From positions 91,933 to 155,932 of the IMG/VR virus record IMGVR_UViG_3300042898_006838: a DNA stretch of 64,000 nt. One strand, 5' to 3'. Position 1 is the stretch's first letter, and the number at the start of each line of letters is the position of its first letter. Under the pieces are notes generated by a model, which was not told the DNA's origin, searched no databases, and saw nothing but the letters and a program-made list of their open reading frames with translations. This document shows positions 29,001 through 40,321 of this stretch, piece by piece. The DNA is from a virus. The position numbers and the translations under genes are program-made.

Positions 29001-31123
29001 GGCGCGGTGCTTGTCGCAGGTGTTGGCCCAGGAGACGAAAAGCGAGTCGTTGGGCCTGTGAGCGGCAAGGAAGAGACGAAGGCAGTCGACGGCCTTGTCC
29101 AAGTCACCGCTGTCACCGTCGTCCCTGATGTAAGCGGAGCTTCCGGCGTCAAGAATCAGCTCTAGACCCTGGCATTGAGTGTTTCCATCCTCATCCTCAG
29201 TCTCGTCAGCGAAGTAGTCACGAAGCCACTCGCTCTCCTCCAGCGTGGTGTTGGAGATCCTGATCATGAAGTGCGTGTAGTAGTTGGCCATAGGCTAGTA
29301 CCCCCTCTTCGCTCGCAGCTCGTAGTCAGCGAAGGCCTCGTCTCGGTCGTGGATGTAGTGGCCCCAGGTCCACTCCCGATCCCAACCCTCGCCGTCGCGA
29401 CCCTGCCAGGCCGTGACGTACTCGCCGTCGCCCTTGTCCGCGATGATGACGCGGCCGCTGCGCTTGGCGCCTCCGCCTGGGCTGGGTGTGCTGTCGATGA
29501 TGGCCATGCCGTTGACGGTCTCTTCACTGACTGTGGTCTTGCAGTTCAAGCAGATCCTCTTCCCGTCTTGTCGACGTTGGTATGTTTTGTGGCCGCAGTG
29601 GCGGCAGGAGAAAAACAGGTCACTCATCTCACTCTCTCTCGACACTGGTTATGCCCTGGTAACTGCCGATCATCAGCGCCTGGTCATCGCTGATCTCCAC
29701 GCTCATGCCGTCGGGCGAGAATTGGCACTGAGCTCCGAGGTGACGGGAAACGAAAGAGGCCCTGCGCTGCAGGGCCCCTTTGGCTTCCTCGACGCTGTCG
29801 TGGCGCGAGATCTCTCTCGGCTCCCTACTCGACCACGGACTGTGGACGAGGCGATACGTTGTCGTCATCGGCTCTCCTCGACCATGACCTTGATGACGTC
29901 CTTGACGTCGCCGACGACGTTGACCTCGTCGGACTCCAGGACGTGAAGGATCCAGTTGCTGTCAATGCCCTTGACTTCGCAGAGACTGAGATCGTCGACG
30001 ACGTCATCGGCGATGAAGACCAGGGGATGGACGTGCGGGCGCTTGTTGACGTAGACAATGAATTTCATGCGTACACGATCTCCCCGAAGGCGATGTACTG
30101 GACGAGGACGTCGCCGGTCGCGGCGTCGCCGCTGTCGTTGACGATGTCTGCGAAGTGCCTGGGGCTGTTCTTGGCCATGAGCTGCAGGCCCTTGGCGATG
30201 GTCTCCAGGTTCAGGACGATGGTCTTGGTCTTGCCGCTGCCGTCGTCGGCACGGAAGCTGACTGCTCCGCCTGGCTGCAGCGGGTAGTCGTAGCAGGGCC
30301 AGATCCGGCCGTCGGCGTCTCCGGCGTCCATGATCGCCACCGGGTTCTCGGGCTTGGTGTACTTGAAGTCCTGTCGCGGACACCAGTAGCCGATACCGCC
30401 CTCGACGGCGGCACAGAGCTGGTTGGCGATGTTGCGCCTGGTCACGGCGACGGTGACGGTTATGGCGAAGTCTTCGGGCCGGGGTTTGAGGTTGATGTCG
30501 GTCACGTTCCTGTCTTTCTCGCCGCCTGGCGGCGTGCGTCTAGGTTGTCAAGGATCGGTTGCCAGCGACGACGGCTGTCTTCGTCGCCGTCGTCCAGGCA
30601 GTCACGTAGTACGTAGCGGATGCCCGCCGGCGTCTGCGGCAGGCCGTTGTGCTCTCTCTGGAAGTCCTCTGCCGCCTGGCCGCAGGGCTGGCACAGGTAC
30701 TCGACGTTGACGGCTCCGTCGAAGACGTCGAAGTGGCGCAGGTACTTTTCTCTGGGGGCCATGACCTGCCTGCAGGCCTGACATGCCCGGGGCTTGCGAG
30801 CGTGGTGCCAGGTGTTGACCCAGACACTGCAGACGTCACCGGTGTCGTAGATCTCGCACATGTCACCCCTCCTCGTCGTCGCTGCACCACAGCCAGCCCT
30901 GGACCCAGTAGCCAAGCTCGCCGCCTCCGGCTTTGCTGGATAAAGCGTCTTCATCGACCTCGACCTCGTCGCTGCCGAAGAGAACGCGGGCCCGTTCCTT
31001 CTGTTTGTCTGTGGCCAGGACCTTGTCGTACTCAGATAGGACCTCTCTCGCCCGGTCGCCTGTGACAGTGGCGCCGGCGGCCAGGTCCCGGGCCAGTTGA
31101 ATCAGTTGCTCTTGAACGGTCAT
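26001..31123 (-). other. run of small, overlapping hypothetical ORFs (e.g. 26001-26357, 26354-26611, 26578-26895, 26924-27166, 27163-27447, 27462-27716, 27685-28002, 27953-28258, 28310-28843, 28818-29291, 29295-29627, 29629-29868, 29865-30068, 30065-30505, 30502-30861, 30863-31123)
   Basis: Dense stop/start-coupled minus-strand ORFs typical of phage accessory regions. Confidence 0.6.
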
Positions 31124-31157
31124 GTCTTCCTCCCTGCAGCCGATGAAGATCGGCGCG

Positions 31158-31808
31158 TCACTTTGAGTTCTTGATCGAGAGCACGCCGCCGCGGAACGTA
31201 CCCTCACAGTCGTCGACGCTGGCGCCGGCGCGGGTCTTGTCGATGTTGCACTGGATGACCCCTGCCGCTCGCTCCAGCTCAGCCAGGTCGAGTGCGGGCG
31301 ATGGTGGTGGAGAAGCCGAGGCCTCTACTGCCGGAACCAGCGAAACGAACTTCTTCGCACTCGTGATGAGTGCGCGAGGCATCACGAACTCGTCGTTACA
31401 AACTTTCAGCTCAACTGAACGCTGCGCATCCGCGATCTTCCGCGCCAGATCCGTGGAGGTCATGACTTTCAGGTACTCGATCACGTACCCACGGCCGACG
31501 GTGCCGTCGTGCTCAAAATCGGGTAGATCCACTTGCTTTCCGTCGATCAGCATCGAGACATTGGAACACCGCATATATTCCCAGCCATCAGATACAAACG
31601 CCAACGACACCAGCATGCGCGGTGCCGTACCGTCTTTCCTCATGGCGGTGATAAACGTAATCGACGGCCGGCTTGAGCGTTTGGCCGTACCAAACTCCTC
31701 CTCCAGGACGATGCTCGTCTTGCCGCTGAATCTGTCTTCAGTGCGTTCGACGGACGCCGAGGCGGACAGGCTGAAAGCGAACAGAACAAAAGCGATAACG
31801 GTCTTCAT
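31158..31808 (-). CDS. secreted protein with signal peptide
   Basis: MKTVIAFVLFAFSLSASA signal; GGAGG RBS. Confidence 0.65.
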   Translation of the reverse strand: MKTVIAFVLFAFSLSASASVERTEDRFSGKTSIVLEEEFGTAKRSSRPSITFITAMRKDGTAPRMLVSLAFVSDGWEYMRCSNVSMLIDGKQVDLPDFEHDGTVGRGYVIEYLKVMTSTDLARKIADAQRSVELKVCNDEFVMPRALITSAKKFVSLVPAVEASASPPPSPALDLAELERAAGVIQCNIDKTRAGASVDDCEGTFRGGVLSIKNSK

Positions 31809-32130
31809 ATAACCTCCGGTACGTTGTCATTAGAAAAGGCGGCCTGATGCCGCCCGGTCACGTTTCGTCGTCGTCACTTGCAGTGTCATGACCACCCCCG
31901 CACCGAGGGCGTGCGATCTTGAAGTCCGTTTTGTCCATACACACGCACATCGTCGTTCGTGGCGCTCGTCGAGGTCGTCGACGACTGGGAGAGCCGCGCC
32001 AAGAGCCGATTGGCGCAGCCGTGGCCGCACACGCGGTAGCGCCAGCCGTCGAAGTCGACGACGAGCGAGGTTACGTCGCCAAGGTAGCAGTTGCACCCGG
32101 CGCAGGGGATCGTTGTCTGGGAGATGGTGT

Positions 32131-35100
32131 TCATGGCTGCTCCATCCCTTCGACGACGTCGTGGGCTGATGGGAGGTCGCCAACGTAGTGACACCAACCA
32201 ATGCCGCGATGCAACGCAATCGCCACCGCCCACTGCTGACCGAGGACGACGCGGACGATGTCGTCTCTGGTGTAGATGCGCCGGTCTTCGACGTGGACTT
32301 CTTCACCTGCCCCGAAAAATTGTCGCGCTAGGTTCAAGACTGGATTTTCGGTCACTGCTTATCCTTCTTGGGTGCAAGCGCCTCGCGGGCGCGTTGTTCT
32401 GGTGTTCGCATGCAGAGCGGGTCGCTGTAGTCGCCGCGTGCGATGTCGGCGAGGGCGGCGCGCAGGGCGGCGTTATCGGTGCGGAGCCTTGAGTTCTCTG
32501 ACACCAAGTTCAAGTCGCCTGTGAAGCGTTGAAGCACGTCCTCGATGACGTCCTCCATCGGGGTGTAGTCGTCGGCTCCAAAGGCATGGCGCAAGCGCGC
32601 AAAGGCGTCTTCCAGTTTGTCTCTCATGGCTTCTTCTCCAAGGCCGCACGCAGCACGGCGATATCTTCTTGGTCAAACTTCACGTCGACGAACTTCGCCG
32701 TCGTCAGGACGGTCACCCTGTTCTTCTGCTCCATGATGCCAAGCGCGAGCGTGCAGGCTTCGCGCAGAGCGGCGATCTCCTCTTGCGCCTCGTCCAGTCG
32801 CTTGTCCTCGACGCGGGTCGCCAACCCGAGCCTCGCCATCGTCGAGTCAAGGTCTTGCATACGGCGTTCATGTTCACGATCTATAGCCAGCGCACCATCC
32901 TGCTCAATCTCAAGCAGGCGCTGGAGGATCTGTTCCATCCGATGAGCGCCGTCCTCGGTCGATACCCCAGCGCCAAGGCCCGCTAGTTCAGCCAGCAAAC
33001 GATCTTCTTCAGTAACGACGGACTCGAAGATGACGCGAGGCAGGGGATGCCAGTGGGTAGCCCATGGCCTGTGGCCTTCCTCGTCGTCGTCGACCTTGAC
33101 GCAGCGGCCGTCGTTCGTCTCGATGCGCCAATCCGAACTCAGCGGCGAAGAGACGAACGGAGGCTCGCTGATGGGAACCCGGTACCAAAGCACGTCTCCG
33201 TCATCTTCGTGCCAGTCACTCAGCGGGCGTAGAACTTCGCAGGTCATGGTCAGTCACCCATCGCTTCGCGCAGAAGGCGCTGTGTGTGAAACAAGGCCGC
33301 GTTCTGCGGCGGGTTCGTCAGCAGTGCCGTCATGTCGTTGAGGCTCCAGGCCAAGACCTCAAGCGCGGCGTGACGGAGCCTTGAGCTTTCCGCCTCGGCG
33401 GTGATGGCGCGGGCCTCGGCGGCGTCGCGGTCGGCGTGGGCGGCAGCACGCTGGGTATCCATGTGCGCGCACGCCTTCTCTGACGAGCGCCACAGGAGCC
33501 GGGCTGCTTCGGCGTCGCCGACGTGCATCTCGACCATGCCAGTCGCCTTGTCCAGCTTCTCGCAGATCTCCCTCTCCCTCGCCTCGGCGGCGATGGCGCG
33601 GGCCTCGGCGCGGTCGGCGCGGGTGACGGCGTCGTTCAGCACCGTGGCAAAAGCAAGGCTCTCCTTGGAGGGGCCCTTCTTGGCAAGGCTGGCCTCGGCG
33701 GCATCGGCACGGGCGATGGCGGCCTCAAGCCTCTTGTCTCCAGCCACGATGGCGTTGAGGGCCTCGTCGTAGTGCGCTCTCGACACCAGCTGACCGGTGG
33801 CGGTGTCGGGGATGGTGAGAGCGCGAGCCAGTTGCGGGCTGGCGCGCAGGCTCGGGCCGTAGATGCAGTCGAGCTTCTCCGCCAGGTACTCGGCCTCGTA
33901 GCTCTCCATGCGCAACGGCTTCTCGCTGTGGGTGTTGGCGTGCATGAAGCCCGGGTTCTTCGTGCAGATCTTGATGTACTCGTTCATCAGCCCCGTGAAC
34001 TCGATGAAGGCGTGAACGCCGGTCTGCTGGGCTGCGAGGTAGAAGCGTGCGGACGCTGCGTACATGGCTTCGATAGCCTTCTGTTCTTCTTCACTCATTT
34101 GCCTGTCTCCTTGATCATTTGTTGGTCATGGCGCTGGCCAGGTTCGCGATTTCCAGGCGCTGCTCGTCACTGAGCTGGTGCCAGATGCTCGACATGCGGC
34201 CGCTGGCAAAGGCGTCGGGTTCAGGCGGAACCTCAACGGTGCCACCGCTGCCATCTCCGCCCAGAGGCACGCCGCGGCCGCTGTGCTCCAGCTCCGAGAC
34301 GATGTTCCAGAGCCTGGCGTAGGTCGCGCTGCTCAGGCCGTCGAGACACTCGGCGACCTCGTCTGGGCGCCAGTCGGCTACGGGACATTCGATCATGACT
34401 TCTCCTTCAGTGACTGGCCCATGAGCCAGAGGTTGTTGCCAAGCCTTTGGGCCACAGACGGCTCCAAAAGCGATTCTCGGTAGTCGTGGATGTGGCGGTC
34501 GGAGGCACGACGCACGGCTCTTTCCAGGTCCTGGGGGCCGATGCCGGCCGCGCGCCACAGGCCCCAGGTGTCGCGGCAGAGGCGGCAAACCGGGGCCAGG
34601 CCAAGATCCTGATCCACGGGGATCACGGTGCCGGTGCCGAAGACGGCGACTCCGGCGTCGGCGTAGAGCAGCACGTCCTCGCCGCGGCGGTGCAGTGTCC
34701 CGGGTACCAGGCCCCGGTCGCCGCCGGTGACCAGGTCGCGGAGCCTGGGGCTGTCGACAAAGCGGCCGACGTGCGGCCGCAGGTAGTCGCCGAGCCAGGG
34801 CATGCCACTGGCGTTGACGAACATGGCCAGCAGCTTTCGGTCCCCATCTGACTCGCAGGCCTGCATGAGGCAGGAGCCAATCAACGCCCTCTTCACAGCC
34901 CCTCCCGGGCCAGGGACGCGGCCATGACCTCGAAGGTCGTCGCGGACAGGACTCCGCCGTCCTCGAAGGCCAGGGTGCAGGACCCGGAGTCAAACGACAG
35001 CCGCTGCCCGCGATACTCGCCGGCCACGCGACGGAGGTAGGGCAGCAGGGGAATGACCACGCACGCCACGTCATCGGACATGAACCGGCCGTTGAATTCC

Positions 35101-35294
35101 AGCATGTCGTAGCTGCCCAGGACGTGGCGCCGTTTCTGGACCTGAGCGACATGCGGATGCCAGGGTATCCAAGGTGGTGGACTTGGCGTCTCTTTTTTCC
35201 CAGCGCAGTCCTGGAACCAGAGCAGTGCCTCTGTAAAAATTTTGTCTTCCGTTCCAAAGAAGAGACAAAATCTGCAATCGACATTTTCATTCAT
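32131..35294 (-). other. hypothetical ORFs (32131-32355, 32352-32627, 32624-33247, 33250-34098, 34115-34396, 34393-34896, 34893-35294)
   Basis: Coupled minus-strand ORFs, several coiled-coil-like. Confidence 0.55.
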
Positions 35295-35410
35295 CGACAA
35301 CTCCCGCGTAGACGCACGTGTGCCGAAACACGCCAGCCAACTGAGGCAGGTGCGCACTTGTCGGCTCACGGTCATTATACCTGAAAACTTGTTCATGTTT
35401 TGATGTCGCC

Positions 35411-35724
35411 TGTCCCATGCCCTGGGACTCTCTGTCCCATGGCCCATGGGACAGCTGACAACATCGACTTTTCAACTACTTAACCCGCCTTTTTTACCTT
35501 CTGTCCCATACCCTCCCCTAAAATGAGAGGTTTAGAGACGGATGGTATTTTTCCGGAAGCAGGGTCCAAGATCAGAACCCGTAACTGGAAAGGGCCTGAA
35601 AACCGGCTACAGGGCTTGGAGACGTGGAAAACGGCGAAAAGCATGGGACGCATGGGACATCGGCTTGTAAGTTCCTGATATCACTCAGGTCACGGTGTCC
35701 CAGGGCCATGGGACAGTGTCCCAT
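35411..35724. repeat. cluster of about 9 TGTCCCA(T)/(A)TGGGAC(A) direct and inverted repeats; candidate replication origin
   Basis: Copies at 35411, 35423, 35433, 35446, 35502, 35643, 35652, 35696, 35708, 35717 around an AT-richer core, downstream of the primase-helicase. Confidence 0.6.
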
Positions 35725-36151
35725 GCCCAGTCGACGCGGCCATCAGCTCCAGGGTCGTGGGTGTCAGCGTCAGCGGCCCCAGTCTCAGGCCGTTGTCTGG
35801 CAGGGTGTAGACGAGGTCGCTGGAGATGGTCGGCGTCTTGGCCATACCCGCGGCCCCCAGCACGTAGGGCAGAAGCGGCTGCAGCCAGGCCCTGAGTTCT
35901 GAGACCGGAGCCGGACCAAGGACCATCCACAGGCCGCGGGTGTTGGCAGCCGAGAGCCAGTGGAGACGTGCCGTGTCACCAGATTTCGCGCGAAACGTCT
36001 CTCTCTGACTACGGCTCCAGGGTCCCCACTCACTTTCCCATTTCGGTATCAGGTAGTGGCTTCGAAAAGAAACCAGCGCCTGGTCAAGGCGCTGGTCGCA
36101 GTCAAAGACGATGTAGAAATCTGAGTCGAGGTATTCTGGTTCCTGTTCCAT
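35690..36151 (-). CDS. hypothetical protein
   Basis: ORF preceded by the GGGCATAAC motif. Confidence 0.45.
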   Translation of the reverse strand: MEQEPEYLDSDFYIVFDCDQRLDQALVSFRSHYLIPKWESEWGPWSRSQRETFRAKSGDTARLHWLSAANTRGLWMVLGPAPVSELRAWLQPLLPYVLGAAGMAKTPTISSDLVYTLPDNGLRLGPLTLTPTTLELMAASTGHGTLSHGPGTP

Positions 36152-36175
36152 GCCCAGGTTATGCCCGGTGCGGAC

Positions 36176-38917
36176 TCAGAATTCCTGGTCGCCGTAGTCG
36201 TCGTAGGGGCTCAGCGTCGACTGGTCGGCGGCTGACGGCGGCTGCCACCACCGGGCCTTGACGCCGTTGACCCGGCGCTGGGGTCCGCGCACGCAGCCCA
36301 GCTGCTTCAGGGTCATGAGCAACTCGCTCTCCAGCGCCTTGTCGCGGGCGGCGGCGCTGAGCTCCATGGCCTTGTACAGGCTGTCCATGTCGAAGAGCCG
36401 CTTGCCCTCGTCCTTCTGCGCCTGACGCTCGGCGACGAAGCGGGCGAGGGTGTCGTAGTGCACGCTGCGAGCCTCGTAGGCCTTGAGGCTCTGCGCCCGG
36501 GCCGCCTCTTCCTCCGCCTCGTACCACCAGCGACTGGCGTCCAGGAGCTCGCGACCCCAGACGCTGTCCGGGTCCTCGGCCAGCCAGGCCTCGGCCATCT
36601 CGTGCATGGCGTAGAGATGCCGGATCTGGGCCCAGAGCTGGTCGTGGATGGCGCGCAGGCGCTTGAGGTTCAGGACGTTGGCGCCCAGGTCGCAGATGTA
36701 GAAGCGGCGGTGGCCGGTGGCGTCGTGGAGCAGGCCCTCCCTGTCGTTGCTGGTGCCGAAGAAGACGCAGCGGCGCTTCACGCTGACGATGTCCTTGCCG
36801 TAGGGCTCGCGAAAGACGTCGTGGTCGCGGGCCAGGAAGGCCTTGACGTTGTCCACGGCACGCGCGCTCTTCGCGTGCTCGCTCTCGCCCCACTCCATGA
36901 CGTTGTGCGTGCCCACGACCATCAGCCCGTCGCGGTCGTCGATCTTGAACTTGGCGTCGGTGAACATCTTCCGGTCTTTTTTATTCCGAGTGTCGCCGTC
37001 GACGAGCTCCTTGAGCAGCGTGGACTTGAAGCGGCCCTGGGCGCCGACGATGATGAGGATGGTCTGGACCTTACGGCCCGGGCACAGGCCTCGGGCCATG
37101 ACGCCCGTCAGCTGGTGTCGCCATTCCGTATAGTTTTGGCGCCAGGCGTCGTGGTCCTCGTCGGCCTTCAGGCCCAGGACGTCGGTGAGAAAGGTACCCA
37201 GGTGGTCAGCGCCGTCCCAAGCCGGCAGGGCCTCGACCTTCTCGCGCCATGGGTCGTAGTGCCGCTCGTGACAGGCGACCTTGATCGCCGACTCCACCTT
37301 CTCCTTCGACAACTCCTCGTGGAAGATGAAGGACAGGTTCTCGCGGATCTTCTCCTGGTCAATGTCCTCCATCGGCCGGCCGTCGCACTGCCAGCTGCGC
37401 TTCAGGTCGTTCCACTGCAGCTCGCGCCTGTTGATCTGGCCGTGGAGCAGGACCTGGGTGATGTTGTTGGTCGTGGGCTTGATGACCCACTGACCGGTGA
37501 CGTTCTGCGTCCGGATCCAGGGGCTGTCGCGGACCTGGGCGTAGTCGACGCCCAGCCTCTTCCACAGCGCCGCGAACTTCTGCTCGTCGCTGGTCCACGC
37601 CGGACTCGTCTTCAGCACGTGCACCGTCGCCATCTGCGGTTGAGGTGCCTGCTGGGGCTGTGGCTGGCTCGGGCCGTTGGCCGTGGCCTTGGCCGGCTGC
37701 GGCTTCACGGGCGTCGTCACCAGCTGCCCGTCGTCGTCGTAGTACTCGTCGCCGTAGGCGTCGTTGTCCGGTCCCGGGGCTGCCGATGGGTCGAAGACCT
37801 TTATGTCCGTCATGTGCTTGCCCAACTCCCATTCCGGTCTGTCCACGAGCAGGAACCCGGCGTTGGCGCAGTCCTCGCGGCCCGCGTGCTCGACCTTGCG
37901 CATCAACTCCCAGTCCGCCCACTGCGGCTGGCACCTGGGGTTGTACTCGTCCTTCAACAGCGTCAGCGCCTCGCCCTCGTCGAGAGCAAAGCCCTGCACC
38001 AGGCGGCAGGCGGCGTAGTACAGCTGGTTCTGGCCGCCGCTGCCCTCGATGGCCGGGTCGACGGTCGCCAGGTACGCGCTGGCCCTCCTCAGCTTCTCGG
38101 CGGCCGTGCAGTTGCTGGCTACGCCGGCCTCCAGGTCCCGGCGCCGCGCCGCCTTCATCGCCGTCTCCGCCGGGTGCTCGCCGGGCAGGGCCACGGTCAC
38201 GGCCGTCGGCGACTTCCACTTCTTGTCGGCGATCCACGACGGCTGCCACAGCGGCAACTCCATGTCCCGGTGCCAGGGCTCGACCTGGGTGTAGACGAAG
38301 CCGGTCTTGATGTTGACGGCCGGCGGCGCCACGACGTAGCCGCCTTGGCCTCGGACGTCGATCATCGGCCCGAGGCTGACGCCGGCTGCGACGGCCTTCT
38401 TCACCTCCTCCTCCACGCGCACGCGCTCGCCGGCGGCGTGGGCGGCGGTATCACCGCGCCCGTTCCTGATCTTGACGTCGAAGCCCGCAGCCAGCGCCTC
38501 GTGCGCGAACCGGGCCCGGCTGCCAAGGACGTCGACGCGGTTGCCCTGGATCTCGGCTCCGGCGTTCCATCGGAAGTAGAGGTGACCGCCGCGCCGCGTC
38601 GCCGTGGCCATGACCGACGGCGGCAGGTTGGCCTGGCACCAGGCCAGGCCCTCGGCGTTGTCGGCGTCGACGATGACCAGGCCGTATGGACCTGACAGCG
38701 GACCGGCGAGGATCGCCGGATTCAGGCGCCCGCCCGCCGCCTGCCACTCCACGCGCAGCCGGTCCTCACTCCACGGCCCGTCGTCGATCTGGTCCTTGAA
38801 GGCCATGGCCGGGCTCTTCTCAGCCGGCCGCAGACCGATGACGGACAGCGGCTGCCTGTCCCTGCCAAAGATCCACTTGAGTTTGACTATTTCCTTGAAG
38901 TCTGGGGTCAACGCCAT
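36176..38917 (-). CDS. primase-helicase: Prim-Pol N-terminus + VapE-like SF3 helicase
   Basis: IVDAD, TRRGGHLYF, IDVRGQGGYVVAPP; GAQGRFKST, FREPYG, FFGTSN, DATGHRRF. Confidence 0.88.
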   Translation of the reverse strand: MALTPDFKEIVKLKWIFGRDRQPLSVIGLRPAEKSPAMAFKDQIDDGPWSEDRLRVEWQAAGGRLNPAILAGPLSGPYGLVIVDADNAEGLAWCQANLPPSVMATATRRGGHLYFRWNAGAEIQGNRVDVLGSRARFAHEALAAGFDVKIRNGRGDTAAHAAGERVRVEEEVKKAVAAGVSLGPMIDVRGQGGYVVAPPAVNIKTGFVYTQVEPWHRDMELPLWQPSWIADKKWKSPTAVTVALPGEHPAETAMKAARRRDLEAGVASNCTAAEKLRRASAYLATVDPAIEGSGGQNQLYYAACRLVQGFALDEGEALTLLKDEYNPRCQPQWADWELMRKVEHAGREDCANAGFLLVDRPEWELGKHMTDIKVFDPSAAPGPDNDAYGDEYYDDDGQLVTTPVKPQPAKATANGPSQPQPQQAPQPQMATVHVLKTSPAWTSDEQKFAALWKRLGVDYAQVRDSPWIRTQNVTGQWVIKPTTNNITQVLLHGQINRRELQWNDLKRSWQCDGRPMEDIDQEKIRENLSFIFHEELSKEKVESAIKVACHERHYDPWREKVEALPAWDGADHLGTFLTDVLGLKADEDHDAWRQNYTEWRHQLTGVMARGLCPGRKVQTILIIVGAQGRFKSTLLKELVDGDTRNKKDRKMFTDAKFKIDDRDGLMVVGTHNVMEWGESEHAKSARAVDNVKAFLARDHDVFREPYGKDIVSVKRRCVFFGTSNDREGLLHDATGHRRFYICDLGANVLNLKRLRAIHDQLWAQIRHLYAMHEMAEAWLAEDPDSVWGRELLDASRWWYEAEEEAARAQSLKAYEARSVHYDTLARFVAERQAQKDEGKRLFDMDSLYKAMELSAAARDKALESELLMTLKQLGCVRGPQRRVNGVKARWWQPPSAADQSTLSPYDDYGDQEF

Positions 38918-39031
38918 TGACGAGCTCCGTTCGCCAAGGCATCATCTGCCCTGGTAGTTGTCTGTCCTCTGGGGTCCGACGCGAGTTTCCCTCTCCGCGT
39001 CGGGCCCCTGTCCTTTTCAGACCCTAAGTCA

Positions 39032-39109
39032 GAGTTCGTGACCAAGCAAGCCACAAGATGTGGTGGACATGATTAGCTTGTTGACTATCGGCTGAGTTCG
39101 TGACCAAGC
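39032..39109. repeat. 16-bp direct repeat GAGTTCGTGACCAAGC in the divergent promoter region
   Basis: Copies at 39032-39047 and 39094-39109. Confidence 0.7.
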
Positions 39110-39312
39110 TGCCACGAACTTTGAAGTCAGCTCTGACCATGAAAATTTACTCATCCTTCTACAGAGACCTCTTGATCTTCATCGAAGAGTGCCGAGACAT
39201 GTGGCCGTCGGACAATCTCGACGTCTACGGCTCATGGAAATGACGACGGCGCCGAGGGCATAACGCTGATGACAGCGTCAGCAACACCGTCAACGGAAAG
39301 GATTAACACCGC

Positions 39313-40212
39313 ATGGGAAAGCAAGCATTTGAAGACATCGAGGGTCGGATCAATGGCATGAGGTTCGACCCCTACAAGGTCAAGATCTACGGCCTGGACA
39401 AGGACTGCCCTGAAGCCGCTGCTCACCTCTGGGTACCAGACGCCAAGATGTTCCCGAGCGACGAGTTCGTCGCCGACATCCGCGACAAGGGCATCGAGAC
39501 GCCTATCGTCGTGCAGAAGATCGGCGACATTCCCGTCGTCGTTAAGGGCCGCAGCCGGGTCAAGGCCGCACGCTTGCTCAAGGACGAGGGCGTTGACATC
39601 ACCGTCCCGGCCATGGTCAGCGAGCGTGGCTCCACGCAGGCCGAGATCATGGCCAGCGTCATCAGCGAGAACCGTCAGCGCAAGAAGATGAACGCCCTCG
39701 ATCTGGCTGAGATGGTGTCCTACTTCATCAAGCTCAACGGACGCGACGACAAGGCCATGTCGAGCCTGAAGGCCGCCGCCGGCCTCGACGAGCGTCGCCT
39801 GGACAAGCTCATGGACCTGCGCAGCGCCAACAAGAGCGTCCACGAGGCGATCAAGGACGGTGACATGGACTACGAGGCTGCCATCGCCATCTCCGAGATG
39901 CCGGTCGACAAGCAGGCCGAGACCGTCAACAAGCTCAGGGCCGGGAACAACGGCAAGAAGATCACGACCGAGCAGGCTCGTGCGGCCAAGGTCGGCAGGT
40001 ACCCGCGTCCGCCGCAGAGCTTCGTCAAGCGCCTTATCGCCAAGCTGGCCAAGGACAAGACCCTGAACCAACAGGCCTTGGACGTCATGCGCTACCTCAA
40101 CGGCGAAGCCAGCGACGACGTGCTCATCGAGCACATCAAGACCGCGGTGACGGACATCAAGGCCAAGACCGCCAAGCGCAAGGCCAGCGCCAAGGCCAAG
40201 GCCAAGAAGTGA
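39313..40212 (+). CDS. ParB/Srx-like protein
   Basis: IRDKGIETPIVV, GRSRVKAA, ENRQR; Lys/Ala-rich tail. Confidence 0.75.
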   Translation: MGKQAFEDIEGRINGMRFDPYKVKIYGLDKDCPEAAAHLWVPDAKMFPSDEFVADIRDKGIETPIVVQKIGDIPVVVKGRSRVKAARLLKDEGVDITVPAMVSERGSTQAEIMASVISENRQRKKMNALDLAEMVSYFIKLNGRDDKAMSSLKAAAGLDERRLDKLMDLRSANKSVHEAIKDGDMDYEAAIAISEMPVDKQAETVNKLRAGNNGKKITTEQARAAKVGRYPRPPQSFVKRLIAKLAKDKTLNQQALDVMRYLNGEASDDVLIEHIKTAVTDIKAKTAKRKASAKAKAKK

Positions 40213-40321
40213 AGACGGCGGTGACGGGAGTACGGGGGCAGACCCCTTCTCCCGTCACCGACGACAGCGGACACGATTTTTTTTAGTCGGGCGCGGAAAA
40301 CTACCTGAAAATATAGGAGTT

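Noticed and set aside
39050-39066. Possible NrdR box (CCACAAGATGTGGTG)
   Set aside because: Single copy, not next to the RNR gene, and resemblance judged only by eye.
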